A stretch of DNA of 62,337 nucleotides from a virus (lineage: Duplodnaviria > Caudoviricetes). Position 1 is the stretch's first letter. Every line of letters begins with the position of its first letter. Under the pieces are notes generated by a model, which was not told the origin of the DNA, searched no databases, and saw nothing but the letters and a program-made list of their open reading frames with translations. The stretch is taken from positions 1-62,337 of IMG/VR virus record IMGVR_UViG_3300027985_000790. One strand, 5' to 3'. A program made the position numbers and the translations under genes. This document shows, one piece after another, positions 25,378 to 35,034 of the stretch.

Positions 25378-27359
25378 TTTGCTTCGTCCCAGTTGGCTCC
25401 GGTGTTGCTAGATGCAAGCACAGGTACTTCAAGTTTCATGGTAGTTTCCATGGCGTGCACCATCTCTTTGAACGCTTCGCGTCCTTCGGGATTGCGCGGT
25501 ATAGATACGTTCATTTCGTCATGGACGGTGAGGTGCGGAACCAGGACGTTAAAGAGCCCGTCCTCCCACATGTTCACCATGGCCAGTTTCATCAGGTCAG
25601 CAGCAGACCCTTGGAGCAGCGAGTTCAGCGCCTTGTGAGTGAAAGCACGACGAGGACGCCGGCAACGAGGATTGCGGTGGTAGTACTCAATAGCTGCTTG
25701 CTCGTTGTGGAAGATCTTGCCATCACATTCCCATTGCTCAAAGCGCCGACGACGTCCGAGTATGGTGCGGATGATGCCTGTCATGCTCGCACGAGATGAG
25801 GCGGCGTCCAGCATACCTTTGAGGAAAGGCGCCTTGTCGTGGAAGCGGTGTAGGATGACTTCTGCTTCTTGCAGAGATACGCCCAAGTGTCCCGCGAGTG
25901 TAGCTACGCCCATTCCGTACACCACGCCAAAGTTGATGCTTTTGGCGTGCTTCCGCTCCAGGCCGGTCATCTTGGCGGCTGCGTCGTGAGCGTCGGTACT
26001 CGGGTCCCGCAAGTACATCTGCACTACGTCGTTGGCATCTATGCCTCGGGTTATGTGAGCGTAGTGGATGAGGAAGCGGTATTCTATCTGTGACCAGTCA
26101 GCACAGCCCCAATCCATGCCTTCTTCCGGGATGAATATCGACCGGCAAAGAGGGCCCAGCACGGGGTGGCGTGCAGGGATGTTCTGCAGGTTAGGGTTAG
26201 ACGAGGAGAACCGCCCCGACACTGCGCCGCTGTCGTCTGACTTGAGTTGGTTGAACTGGCAGAACAGCCGCCCGTCTACGTGGGAATCCAGAATGTAGGA
26301 CTTGAGGAAGGTTCCGCCTATCTTGTCATACTCCCGAGCACGCACTATCTCTTTAGCCAGTGGGTGTGGGTGAGCTGCCAGCCATTCCTTCTTGAAGGAA
26401 GGCGAGCCTTTGGCCGTTGTGGGATAAGGCAAGTCAAGACGTTTAAACGCTTGGGCGATTGAACCCGCTGTCCACACTTCAACAGCTATACCACACAGCT
26501 CCTTGATTTTCGCCTTGCTGTCTCTGAACTCGTCCAAGGTTCGCTGGTAAGCTATCTCAGCTGCTTCCAGGTTGACTCGGACACCGTAGTGGCGCATCTC
26601 AAGCAGCAGCGGCATGAGGCGGCTTTCCACGTCAAAAACCTGCATGAGGCCCTGCTGGTGGATGATGGGCATCTGCTTGTCCAGGATCTGCCAGGCCAGC
26701 GTGCAGTCCTTCTCGCAGTACTCAGCTGCCCAGCCGGGATCTACGAGATCCATGTGGGAGATGTAGTCCTTGCCGTAAAGTGAGGACAAGCCGTCTGTGT
26801 ATTTGCCTTCTCCCAAATAGTCGAGCGACAGAGCGCCCAGCTTGTAGGTCATGCGGTTCTCGTCAATGAGAGGCTCCGCTATCTGGACGTCTCGGATCTT
26901 GGCGTGGGGGAAGGTCACGTTATGCCGCGTCCGCAACCAGTCGAGGTCATAGATCAGGTTGGCACCTGTTATCTCACCGTGGAAGCGCTGTGCTTCTTCC
27001 CGCAACCAGTCGTAGAAGCGCCCAGGTGATGGTATACACCGGCTGGTATCCGCATGAGCAAGCGGGTAGTATATCGCTCTCGTTGAAGAATACGCGATGC
27101 CCACGCCAACTACTTTACCATCTTTGCGGTGTGCTCCTGGACCTTTTGTTTTGATGTCCGGATCCACGCCTTCGATGTCCAAAGCGATACGTGGAAGCGA
27201 TGCAAACGGCTCAAAGTGGTCAGGAATCTGGTATCCAGGTTTCTTGGGCGCGTTCGAGTTGAAGGCTTCCGTCTTACCACGGCTGCTGGTATCAATGATA
27301 GGAGCAGACGGAGCGGTGATACCCAGCAGGCCGTCTGAGTTGGCCGTAAGGAAAGGCAT
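25374..27359 (-). CDS. polA: Family A DNA polymerase with 3'-5' exonuclease
   Basis: DIE, GRFSSSNPNLQNIP, DWSQIEYR, KSINFGVVYG (Phe at the 762 equivalent) and VHDE. Confidence 0.95.
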   Translation of the reverse strand: MPFLTANSDGLLGITAPSAPIIDTSSRGKTEAFNSNAPKKPGYQIPDHFEPFASLPRIALDIEGVDPDIKTKGPGAHRKDGKVVGVGIAYSSTRAIYYPLAHADTSRCIPSPGRFYDWLREEAQRFHGEITGANLIYDLDWLRTRHNVTFPHAKIRDVQIAEPLIDENRMTYKLGALSLDYLGEGKYTDGLSSLYGKDYISHMDLVDPGWAAEYCEKDCTLAWQILDKQMPIIHQQGLMQVFDVESRLMPLLLEMRHYGVRVNLEAAEIAYQRTLDEFRDSKAKIKELCGIAVEVWTAGSIAQAFKRLDLPYPTTAKGSPSFKKEWLAAHPHPLAKEIVRAREYDKIGGTFLKSYILDSHVDGRLFCQFNQLKSDDSGAVSGRFSSSNPNLQNIPARHPVLGPLCRSIFIPEEGMDWGCADWSQIEYRFLIHYAHITRGIDANDVVQMYLRDPSTDAHDAAAKMTGLERKHAKSINFGVVYGMGVATLAGHLGVSLQEAEVILHRFHDKAPFLKGMLDAASSRASMTGIIRTILGRRRRFEQWECDGKIFHNEQAAIEYYHRNPRCRRPRRAFTHKALNSLLQGSAADLMKLAMVNMWEDGLFNVLVPHLTVHDEMNVSIPRNPEGREAFKEMVHAMETTMKLEVPVLASSNTGANWDEAK

Positions 27360-28081
27360 TACTCAACCCCCAGGTACTTGTGCAATTGGATGCAAGCGCG
27401 GTAGTTGTGCCTCATGGCAAGATCCTTGACTTGCTCCCGGTTGAGTTTGTTCTTCTCCTCGTCCTGCTCGTCGCAGGGCTGGAGGTACACAGGGCGACCT
27501 CTGGGAGGTCTGGCCGGTCGGCCGCCGCGGAGCTTTGCAGCATCTCGGCCTTCATAGTACTGCATGGGTTGGGTGGGTAAACCATCCCGGACGTCGTAGT
27601 CACCTGCCTTGATAACGTACTTCCAGTGGGTGTCCAAGCCGTCCTGGTAGAAGTTATTATGCACTACTTTACTCTTGGGCGAGATTACAGTGGTTACGCC
27701 TTCTTCTTTGCAGATGTCCTGCCAGTAAGTACCTGCCGTCTCTATCTGAATTTGTGAGAACCCAAAATGCTTGAGCCAGCGCACCAGTTCGGTGAGATCT
27801 TGCCGCAGCGGCTCGCCCCCTGTTATTACCGCCAGTTTGCAGCCGTCTACAGATTCCATCCGGGCCTTAAAAGCTATATCGTAAGGAGCAACGTAGGAGT
27901 CCCCTTTGTCGTCCCAGACGGTATCACAGAACCAGCAACCCAGATTGCAGCCGGTCAAGCGAATGAAAGCCGCGGGCATTCCTGAGAAAGGGCCCTCACC
28001 TTGGAGGGTGAAGAAAACTTCCCGTACTTGGAGCTTGCCTGTGTAAAGCTCCGTACCACGACGAACGTTCTTTCCAAACAT
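27359..28081 (-). CDS. queE: 7-carboxy-7-deazaguanine synthase (radical SAM)
   Basis: TLQGEG, CNLGCWFCDT, TGGEP, IETAG, SPK and QLHK. Confidence 0.92.
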   Translation of the reverse strand: MFGKNVRRGTELYTGKLQVREVFFTLQGEGPFSGMPAAFIRLTGCNLGCWFCDTVWDDKGDSYVAPYDIAFKARMESVDGCKLAVITGGEPLRQDLTELVRWLKHFGFSQIQIETAGTYWQDICKEEGVTTVISPKSKVVHNNFYQDGLDTHWKYVIKAGDYDVRDGLPTQPMQYYEGRDAAKLRGGRPARPPRGRPVYLQPCDEQDEEKNKLNREQVKDLAMRHNYRACIQLHKYLGVE

Positions 28082-28089
28082 GGGACCTC

Positions 28090-29034
28090 CTACTTGGCTC
28101 TGCTGGCCATGATGCCTACTATCTTGGTGCTCTTGAAAGGCACGGGTTTCGGGTAGGCATCAAAGTCGATATGGGTTGCTATACTGACGGCCGAGATAAA
28201 ATGCTTGGCCGTAAAGCAAGCATCTTCAACGTTCAGTTTAATGGACGCTGACACTTCTCGCGTACTCATAACCGCCCCTATTGAGGAGTTCGTGAGGTGG
28301 ATAGCATCTTCGACTCTCTGGGCCGTCTGTAGCAGCGTGTCCCGCACTTCTGCAGAAGTGATTGCCCAGGAAGGTTCTTTGTAAAGCTGCTGGAACGCTT
28401 GGACGACCTTAAGAGGCATCTGGTTTTCCAGGCCGGGAGCACGTACCCACCCGCCGTTCTTTGTCCAAGCAAAGAAGCCCCTTTCATCAATTCCCACAGA
28501 TCCGATTTCATCGGCGAACCGAGCGAGATATTGAGCGAAGCCGTGAGGGAGCGAAACGCTTCCCCAAGGGAGAGAACAGCTTTCTTTAGACCGCACAAGT
28601 ACAGCGTCATTCGTGGCATAGAAGTAACCTTCGTGGTAGAGGACGGACATAGTCCAAGGACGTGCTATCTCGCTTCCGGTGAACTCAAGCATCTCCTTGA
28701 GCGTCCAGCCCACTTCGGGCGTTACAGCAACGCCTTTTGATGCGGGAGGAGTAAACGGCTTGAACTCGGTTGCACGAGCCAGACGCTCGCTGATAGATCC
28801 ATTCTTTACAGATACCTGCTTGGGTGTAACCTTCACTTGAGATCCGGCGGCCAGTATCTTGGAGAAGTCGGGCCCGTTGACAGCGAAGTCCTCAACCTTG
28901 CATGGCTGAGAAGCTTCCAGCGTGGTGCTGCGGGTGCTGAGGAAACCCCCATCAGCCACCACCAGGCATTCATCCTTGAACACCGGACCTGTTTCAATGG
29001 CTGGTTTGATGCGCGTCAGTGCGTCGAAGATCAT
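28090..29034 (-). CDS. Sliding clamp (DnaN-like), putative
   Basis: Size, alternating alpha/beta pattern, YATND resembling DnaN ATDG, clamp loader nearby. Confidence 0.5.
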   Translation of the reverse strand: MIFDALTRIKPAIETGPVFKDECLVVADGGFLSTRSTTLEASQPCKVEDFAVNGPDFSKILAAGSQVKVTPKQVSVKNGSISERLARATEFKPFTPPASKGVAVTPEVGWTLKEMLEFTGSEIARPWTMSVLYHEGYFYATNDAVLVRSKESCSLPWGSVSLPHGFAQYLARFADEIGSVGIDERGFFAWTKNGGWVRAPGLENQMPLKVVQAFQQLYKEPSWAITSAEVRDTLLQTAQRVEDAIHLTNSSIGAVMSTREVSASIKLNVEDACFTAKHFISAVSIATHIDFDAYPKPVPFKSTKIVGIMASRAK

Positions 29035-29249
29035 GCTATGTCCTCCACCATCTTCCAGACAGCATTGTAGATGGGCCAGTCATTTTCCACGACCACGGAT
29101 TCCAGCGGTTTCTTACCTGCAGCTTGCCGGTACCATGATACTGCGTAGATTAAACTGCTCAGTTGCCCTTGCTGCTCAGGAGTCAGCGCGTTCTTGACGT
29201 CGCTTATCTTGAGCACAATGTATCGTGGTTCTCGTTTAAATTCGGGCAT
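29031..29249 (-). CDS. Hypothetical protein
   Basis: FKREPRYIVLK...VVVENDWP; AGGAG RBS. Confidence 0.7.
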   Translation of the reverse strand: MPEFKREPRYIVLKISDVKNALTPEQQGQLSSLIYAVSWYRQAAGKKPLESVVVENDWPIYNAVWKMVEDIA

Positions 29250-29250
29250 G

Positions 29251-29853
29251 TTACTGCTCCTTCATCTGCCACAGGTTGACACCACGGTCCTCGGCTGCCC
29301 AGAGGACTTCAGCACATGCCATAACGTCCACCATAGCATCATGCGCGCCGGTGAAACCTTCGGGATTGACCAAAGCTCTGTAGGACTCGTCCAGCGAAGG
29401 CCACTTGTACTGCTTGCCGAACCGACCAGGGATCTTGAGTTCATCTACCAAAGACATCATGGTGCAGAACTTGGGCACCTTGTCAAAGACATCAGTGGGC
29501 GAGCCGGACCGAATGTAAGCTTCCCGAGTAATGGGGTTGTCAAAACCGATGTTATGAGCCACCAGGCGGTCGGTGTGCCGCAGAAGGTTATTGAACATGC
29601 CCAGAGCCACGCGGTATGGGACACCAACAGAGTCCACAATTTCGTCCGTGATACCTGACTCAAGGAAGAACTTCTCCTTGGGAATCTCAGCTCGGATGCC
29701 ATTGTGCTCCGGTATGCAGAAGCAGGACAGGTGCCCAACAGGACGGCGACCTTCAAACAAGATGCCTGCCAGCTGGACCAGGTAAGGCTTAGGCATCCCC
29801 TTCTTAATCACACCGTCGGTTTCGGTATCAAACACCAAGGTTCTTACGGGCAT
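29251..29853 (-). CDS. DEDDh 3'-5' exonuclease (DnaQ-like)
   Basis: DTETDG, AHNIGFD and AHDAMVD. Confidence 0.88.
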   Translation of the reverse strand: MPVRTLVFDTETDGVIKKGMPKPYLVQLAGILFEGRRPVGHLSCFCIPEHNGIRAEIPKEKFFLESGITDEIVDSVGVPYRVALGMFNNLLRHTDRLVAHNIGFDNPITREAYIRSGSPTDVFDKVPKFCTMMSLVDELKIPGRFGKQYKWPSLDESYRALVNPEGFTGAHDAMVDVMACAEVLWAAEDRGVNLWQMKEQ

Positions 29854-29957
29854 ATGAGCCTCCCAATATAGTAGCAGAAGCTTCCCAAAGCCGCTCCACT
29901 AAGGAGTATGGCTACTGCTATGGAAGCATGGAGAAAAATGCATTTTACTCGTTTCAT
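29844..29957 (-). CDS. Possible 37-aa membrane peptide
   Basis: Read by hand (MKRVKCIFLH...); fills the intergenic gap. Confidence 0.4.
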   Translation of the reverse strand: MKRVKCIFLHASIAVAILLSGAALGSFCYYIGRLICP

Positions 29958-29965
29958 ACAACCGC

Positions 29966-31207
29966 CTACACGAACATGACCAGGTTCTTGGCAGCGCGGG
30001 TCACTACTGTGTAGAGCCATTTGCGCCGGAAGTCGTAGTCGTTGACCATCATCTTGTCGTCACATACTGCAACGGAGTCCCACTGGGAGCCTTGAGATTT
30101 GTGACCGGTTATGGCATAGCCGTAGTCAAAGCCTTCCACTGCGTCACGAGGCGGGAACGACTCACGCTTACCGTAGGTTTCCTCAAAAGGACCCGGGTCA
30201 ACGTAGACAGTTTTGTTCTCGTCTTCATAATTAACTAATAAGTCAAGCATAGCGCCTACCACTTTGGAATTGCCAGCAGCAGTGCAGGTTACACCATTGA
30301 GCAAACCTTCATCGTGGTTATTCTTGGTGCAGATCAACTTGTCCCCTTTGAGAGGGTACAAAGCATCCAGGTTCTTTATGGCTCGCATCCGCTTGTTTAT
30401 CTTCCGGCGAGTGTCATTCAAGCCGCAAAGAACCTGGTCAGCCAGCAGCAAGTCGTTCCAGTCAAAATCTTCTTTCTTTAGGATGCGCACTTGGCCATCT
30501 CCGAAGGTTCCGAACTGGCTTTTCTTGCCTTTCCGGATCTGCGTGGCCAGCCACAGAACAGGCGAGTCAGCCGCCTGCCGGTGTACCTCTTCCAGCATGG
30601 CATCCGGATGTCCTTTGAGATGCGGGACGCCTCCAACAGGCGGTAGTTGCCCTGGGTCACCCAGCCACAGAATTGGCTTATTGAAGGACTCGAGGTCCCG
30701 GCCCATGTAGGAGCTTATCATGGAGCACTCATCCACAATAATGAGGTCTGACCGCATTATCTCGGATTCCTGCTTGACTTCCCACGTGGGGCTGTCTTGC
30801 GTGTCAAGCTCCTTTAGTTCACGCTCCCACGTTGCCAGCTTCTTTTGGTCAGGTGTCGTATTCTTGCGCTCGTTTTCCACCAGATCCTGGAGCTCTTTTA
30901 TGCGCTTAGCCAGCGAGGACCCTTTGGGCTTGTAGATGAGTGAGTGGATGGTAGTGGCATTGGGGCAGCCTTTGGCACGAAGCACAGAAGCTGCTTTGCC
31001 TGTGAAAGCAGCAAACGTAACGTGGCCATCCACAAGCTCCGCAAATCTGCGGGCGAGTGTTGTTTTCCCCGTACCAGCGTACCCGGCCAAGTAGAAGCGT
31101 TTAGCTCCGTGCGGTTTTACCGCCTGCTTGTACCATTTGGCTACTGCATCAAGGGCTGCTGCTTGCTCATCCATCGGTTTACTCCCATTCCACGTAGGCA
31201 CAGCCAT
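29966..31207 (-). CDS. RecD/Dda-like SF1B helicase
   Basis: GYAGTGKTT, DECSM, GDPGQLPPV and YAITGHKSQGS. Confidence 0.9.
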   Translation of the reverse strand: MAVPTWNGSKPMDEQAAALDAVAKWYKQAVKPHGAKRFYLAGYAGTGKTTLARRFAELVDGHVTFAAFTGKAASVLRAKGCPNATTIHSLIYKPKGSSLAKRIKELQDLVENERKNTTPDQKKLATWERELKELDTQDSPTWEVKQESEIMRSDLIIVDECSMISSYMGRDLESFNKPILWLGDPGQLPPVGGVPHLKGHPDAMLEEVHRQAADSPVLWLATQIRKGKKSQFGTFGDGQVRILKKEDFDWNDLLLADQVLCGLNDTRRKINKRMRAIKNLDALYPLKGDKLICTKNNHDEGLLNGVTCTAAGNSKVVGAMLDLLVNYEDENKTVYVDPGPFEETYGKRESFPPRDAVEGFDYGYAITGHKSQGSQWDSVAVCDDKMMVNDYDFRRKWLYTVVTRAAKNLVMFV

Positions 31208-31361
31208 CGTCTGTCATGATTTTGCCCCACTTGCCACACACCGGGCAAGCTACGTCATCCCCATCGTAGAGCAGCGATTCATTGCCCAATGTCTTAACGG
31301 TGACTTCTTCGCTACCGCAATGAGGGCAGGTGCCCAGCCAGGTGATAGTCAACTTTTCCAT
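31179..31361 (-). CDS. Small Zn-ribbon protein
   Basis: CPHC...CPVC. Confidence 0.65.
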   Translation of the reverse strand: MEKLTITWLGTCPHCGSEEVTVKTLGNESLLYDGDDVACPVCGKWGKIMTDDGCAYVEWE

Positions 31362-31364
31362 AGG

Positions 31365-32564
31365 TCACTCCAGGTTGTCAAAGCCGCCGAAAAGGCTGGC
31401 CGGGGGTCTAACTTCTGCCACGCTGGCTTTCGCCCAGTCGGCGTACTTCTGCAGTTCGCCCATGCACACCAGGTTCCTGATACGAGAATCCCACTGCGCT
31501 GCGGCGAAGTTGAAGCCGTAGCCCTGAATGACTTTCACAATGTACCGCTGGACGTCCTCAGAGCACTTGTCTATGAACTTGTGCGCGGCTTCTGCCTTAC
31601 CACGGATCAGTTCGTTGAAGTTGTTGGTGTCGAGCTCCATCTGATCTATTGAGATGAAGTAGTTGGTGTAGTGACCTTCTTTCCGCTTGCCGGACATACC
31701 CGGCGGGATGAAAATGTCCACCATACCATAGCCACCATGCTGGACCCAAGCAGCGGAGTCACCTGAGTACCACGGAACGGTGCGGATCATCTTGTTACCT
31801 GTGGTGGCCAAACCATGCGTCCGCATGAGTGAGCTTCTTTCACCAATCTGCTTGTGGCACTTGGCTGACCAGTCTACACGCAGGCCTTCTGCAACGTCGT
31901 TCCGAGGTGAAACGCAGATGTAGTTTGAGCCATGCTTCACTTGGTCCATGACCTCGTAAAGACGAGAGGTTGCTTCACCTTGGTGGAATACAGGCAGCAC
32001 GTGGTTACCAAATTCCTTGACCAGGATCTCGAAGTTCCTGTCCGACACTTCAACGGCTTCCTTGAGTTCGGCCAGCGTGGGGTCGCGGCCCCGCTCACCA
32101 GGAATCTTGTCCAAGTTAATCATCCAGATTTCATCAAACAAGGAGCCAGCGCCTTCAATGAAGCGGGAGTACTTGCCCAACACTTCGTCCACGCTGACCT
32201 CGTCACCTTTGTTCCAGGCGGTAAATGCGCCAGAGTCCAGAAGGATGCAGCGAGGATAGGGGTTTCCTGTCAACGAGTCGCAAACCTTTTCCAGCATGTG
32301 TAGCGTGTTCCAGTCGCGCTCGTCTTTGATGCGGACCTGCTTTGCACGGCGCGCAACGTCACGACGGACCAACCCATCTAGTTGCTCAGGATACTTCTTG
32401 AGGAAATCAGCGGAAGTAAAGACGCCATCCTTGACGTCTTCTAACCACCGGAGAACAGCACGCTCGTAGTCGCCGTGCATTGAGAACAGCCGGTGAGTAC
32501 ACAAGCGGTTCTCTACTGTCTGGTACGCATCGTTCCGCGGCGTACCTGATTGGTAGAGGTGCAT
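31365..32564 (-). CDS. dpdA: TGT-like DNA base-exchange transglycosylase (DpdA-like)
   Basis: LDSGAF, NLD.IPG, PVFHQGE, HGL and PWYSGDS..W motifs; lies directly after queF. Confidence 0.75.
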   Translation of the reverse strand: MHLYQSGTPRNDAYQTVENRLCTHRLFSMHGDYERAVLRWLEDVKDGVFTSADFLKKYPEQLDGLVRRDVARRAKQVRIKDERDWNTLHMLEKVCDSLTGNPYPRCILLDSGAFTAWNKGDEVSVDEVLGKYSRFIEGAGSLFDEIWMINLDKIPGERGRDPTLAELKEAVEVSDRNFEILVKEFGNHVLPVFHQGEATSRLYEVMDQVKHGSNYICVSPRNDVAEGLRVDWSAKCHKQIGERSSLMRTHGLATTGNKMIRTVPWYSGDSAAWVQHGGYGMVDIFIPPGMSGKRKEGHYTNYFISIDQMELDTNNFNELIRGKAEAAHKFIDKCSEDVQRYIVKVIQGYGFNFAAAQWDSRIRNLVCMGELQKYADWAKASVAEVRPPASLFGGFDNLE

Positions 32565-32573
32565 AGTTTGCCC

Positions 32574-33233
32574 CTAGTGCAGAGTGTGGTCAACCAGCGT
32601 GCTGAAGGATGAGACGTCTCGGTAGTCCACTACCATCGTCTCGCCCGTCTCAACGTCCGTCCAAGCGTAGCCGACCACCTCGCCGTTGTACTGGACCAGC
32701 AGTTCGCCATCTTCGGCGGCTTCGTTCATCAGCGTGATCTGCATACCTTCTTTCTGCTCGGGCGAGAAGCCCAGCGGGGGTTCGCTTTCCAGCTCAAAGC
32801 GGAACTGAGGCCGCTCGTACTCGATTTCCGGCCAGAACGGGATGCCGCCACGAGGAGTGAACTGCCCTTCGACCTTCAGCTCCCACGGATCCAGCAGCAC
32901 CAGCAGCGCATTGGTGATGCGGCGGACACAGGACTCGTGGAACTCGCCTACCTGGCGGAAGCTGTTCAGAAACAGTTTGAGCGACTTGGACTCCACGCAC
33001 CAGTTCTTCGGCAAGTACTTGATGACAATGGTGGCGTAGTCAGGCTGGCCAGTCTTCGGGCACAGGCTGGTGAACTCAGGGCACACAATGTGGAGGCGGC
33101 CCACACCTGCTCCGGCGTTCATCGGGTTGGGGATACGCTCCAGCAAGCTGGGATCCGCACCTTCGTAGTGGTAGGTGGTGTTCTGGTTGCCCAGACTCTT
33201 GAGGTGGTCGGATTTGGAAAGTTTCTTGGTCAT
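32574..33233 (-). CDS. queF: preQ0 reductase with a C-terminal extension
   Basis: EFTSLCPKTGQPD, QueF motif ESKSLKLF, FHE and PRGG. Confidence 0.88.
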   Translation of the reverse strand: MTKKLSKSDHLKSLGNQNTTYHYEGADPSLLERIPNPMNAGAGVGRLHIVCPEFTSLCPKTGQPDYATIVIKYLPKNWCVESKSLKLFLNSFRQVGEFHESCVRRITNALLVLLDPWELKVEGQFTPRGGIPFWPEIEYERPQFRFELESEPPLGFSPEQKEGMQITLMNEAAEDGELLVQYNGEVVGYAWTDVETGETMVVDYRDVSSFSTLVDHTLH

Positions 33234-33241
33234 GGTCTGCC

Positions 33242-34132
33242 TCACAGTATTGAGTTGCCATTGGATTTTGCGAGCGACAGAAACTCAGCCCGCGTCTCCG
33301 GTTCATCTTTGAACACCCCGCGCAAGGCGCTGGTGGTCGTGCGGGTACCGGGTGACTTAACGCCACGGGATTCCATGCAGAGGTGGCGACACTGCAAGGT
33401 TACGCCTACGCCCTTACACTGCAGGTGCTCCATGAGCGCATCAGCAATGGACGTGGTGAGGCGCTCTTGGATCTGCAACCGCCGGGCGAAGATATCCACG
33501 AGGCGTACCAGCTTGCTGAGGCCCAGCACCTTGCCGTCGGGTATGTAGGAGATATGGGCCACGCCGAAGAAGGGCGCAACGTGATGCTCACAGTGGGAGT
33601 AGACGGGGATGTCGGTAACGAGCACCATCTCATCTGACTTCTCTGCACCGTCAGCAAAAACCTTCATCACTTCTTCGGGATCCTGCTTGTAGCCACCGAA
33701 CCAGGTTTCCCAGGCACGTACCACTCGGTCAGGTGTGTCCCGGAGACCTTCACGGTTGGGATCTTCGCCGATCTTGACGAGGAACTCTCGCACCAGGTCA
33801 TGCTTGGTCATGGGCTTGCGCTCCCACGGCAGAAGCTCAGGTGTCACCATGCCCACGTTCGAGCGGTGGTGGCTCTTGGTGCTTACCAGACCCAAGCAAC
33901 CACGACTGTACTCCATGGGCAAGTCCAGGCGGTCGTAGATCCGAACTACTCCAGGGTAGTCGCTGCTGTGGGTTATTACCAAGTTTGGGTCCATAGCTTT
34001 GAGTAGCCAGCACACTTGCATGGAGTTGGGCCCTACAGGCAACATCTCCACCATGCCACAAGTAGTGCGCTGCTTTACCAGTTCCAGCAGCTGCTTAGCA
34101 GCTGCTTGGATGTTGAGTTTAGAAAGGTACAT
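33242..34132 (-). CDS. folE: GTP cyclohydrolase I with an N-terminal extra domain
   Basis: REGLRDTP.R, CEHH, GLSKL.R, LQIQER and HLCM..RG. Confidence 0.93.
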   Translation of the reverse strand: MYLSKLNIQAAAKQLLELVKQRTTCGMVEMLPVGPNSMQVCWLLKAMDPNLVITHSSDYPGVVRIYDRLDLPMEYSRGCLGLVSTKSHHRSNVGMVTPELLPWERKPMTKHDLVREFLVKIGEDPNREGLRDTPDRVVRAWETWFGGYKQDPEEVMKVFADGAEKSDEMVLVTDIPVYSHCEHHVAPFFGVAHISYIPDGKVLGLSKLVRLVDIFARRLQIQERLTTSIADALMEHLQCKGVGVTLQCRHLCMESRGVKSPGTRTTTSALRGVFKDEPETRAEFLSLAKSNGNSIL

Positions 34133-34134
34133 AG

Positions 34135-34956
34135 CTACTCCTTATAAATGCAGGCAGCTTGCAGAACTTGCCCAAGGCTCTTGCGCTTGAGCGCGTCAGC
34201 ATTGCTGCAGCTGTCGAGAACCTGATAGTTGGGCGTGGCGGGCAGTTCCATGAGGCCTTCCAGCCACGCACGGACGACCAGCGGGTCGGGCACTCCGGCT
34301 TGTGCGAAGCCCTTGGCTCGCAGCAGAGTAGCATGGTCATGACCCGTGGGCGGATAGTTGCCATCGTAGGAGGTGTGAGTGTGGGCCAGCATCTCGTAGC
34401 AGCCGGGCAGTTCCATGGCCAGATTTACGGATTCGGCCTTGGTCAGGTTCATCAGCGGGGTGTGAATGGTGAGACCGTTCAGCGCGCCGTCTTGACCGGT
34501 GAACGTGCCCAGGCAGCAGGCTAGCTGCAAGGCGTCGATGAACACTTGGCGGCAGTCGGGATAGCCACCGAAGTCTTCTTGGCACACACCGGTGACCAGG
34601 TTCTGGCAACCCATGGTATAAGCATGGTTTGCGGCGATGGTGAGGAACAGTTGGTTACGCATCGGAACGAAGGTTTTTTCCAGGCCGCCGGGCAGTACGT
34701 TGAAGTTGTCATACTGCTCCAGTTCATTGCCGCTCACCAAAGGCGAAGCGCCTTTGAGGACGGGGCCCAGCTTGACCACTTCATGCGACTTGGCACCGGC
34801 CCGCTGAGCAATGCGCTTAGCGCATTCCAGCTCCCGGGAGTGCTTCTGGTTGTAATTGAAGGAAATAGCGTGGACCTCGTCAAACTTGTTGAGGGCCCAG
34901 TACAGGCAGGTGGTGGAATCTTGTCCACCGGAAAGGACAACTAGGGCTTTGTTCAT
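34135..34956 (-). CDS. queC: 7-cyano-7-deazaguanine synthase
   Basis: SGGQDS, TFVPMRN, YPDCR and TPL..L.K. Confidence 0.92.
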   Translation of the reverse strand: MNKALVVLSGGQDSTTCLYWALNKFDEVHAISFNYNQKHSRELECAKRIAQRAGAKSHEVVKLGPVLKGASPLVSGNELEQYDNFNVLPGGLEKTFVPMRNQLFLTIAANHAYTMGCQNLVTGVCQEDFGGYPDCRQVFIDALQLACCLGTFTGQDGALNGLTIHTPLMNLTKAESVNLAMELPGCYEMLAHTHTSYDGNYPPTGHDHATLLRAKGFAQAGVPDPLVVRAWLEGLMELPATPNYQVLDSCSNADALKRKSLGQVLQAACIYKE

Positions 34957-35034
34957 GGTTTTAGTCTCCTGGTTAAACCATCACAGGTTGCCATTTAACA
35001 ATAATACCAAGTCGGTGATATAACAACCACGCGA

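Noticed and set aside
24577-25638. 353-aa plus-strand ORF and most other plus-strand ORFs in the track
   Set aside because: Antisense to well-supported minus-strand genes; no RBS or domain signal
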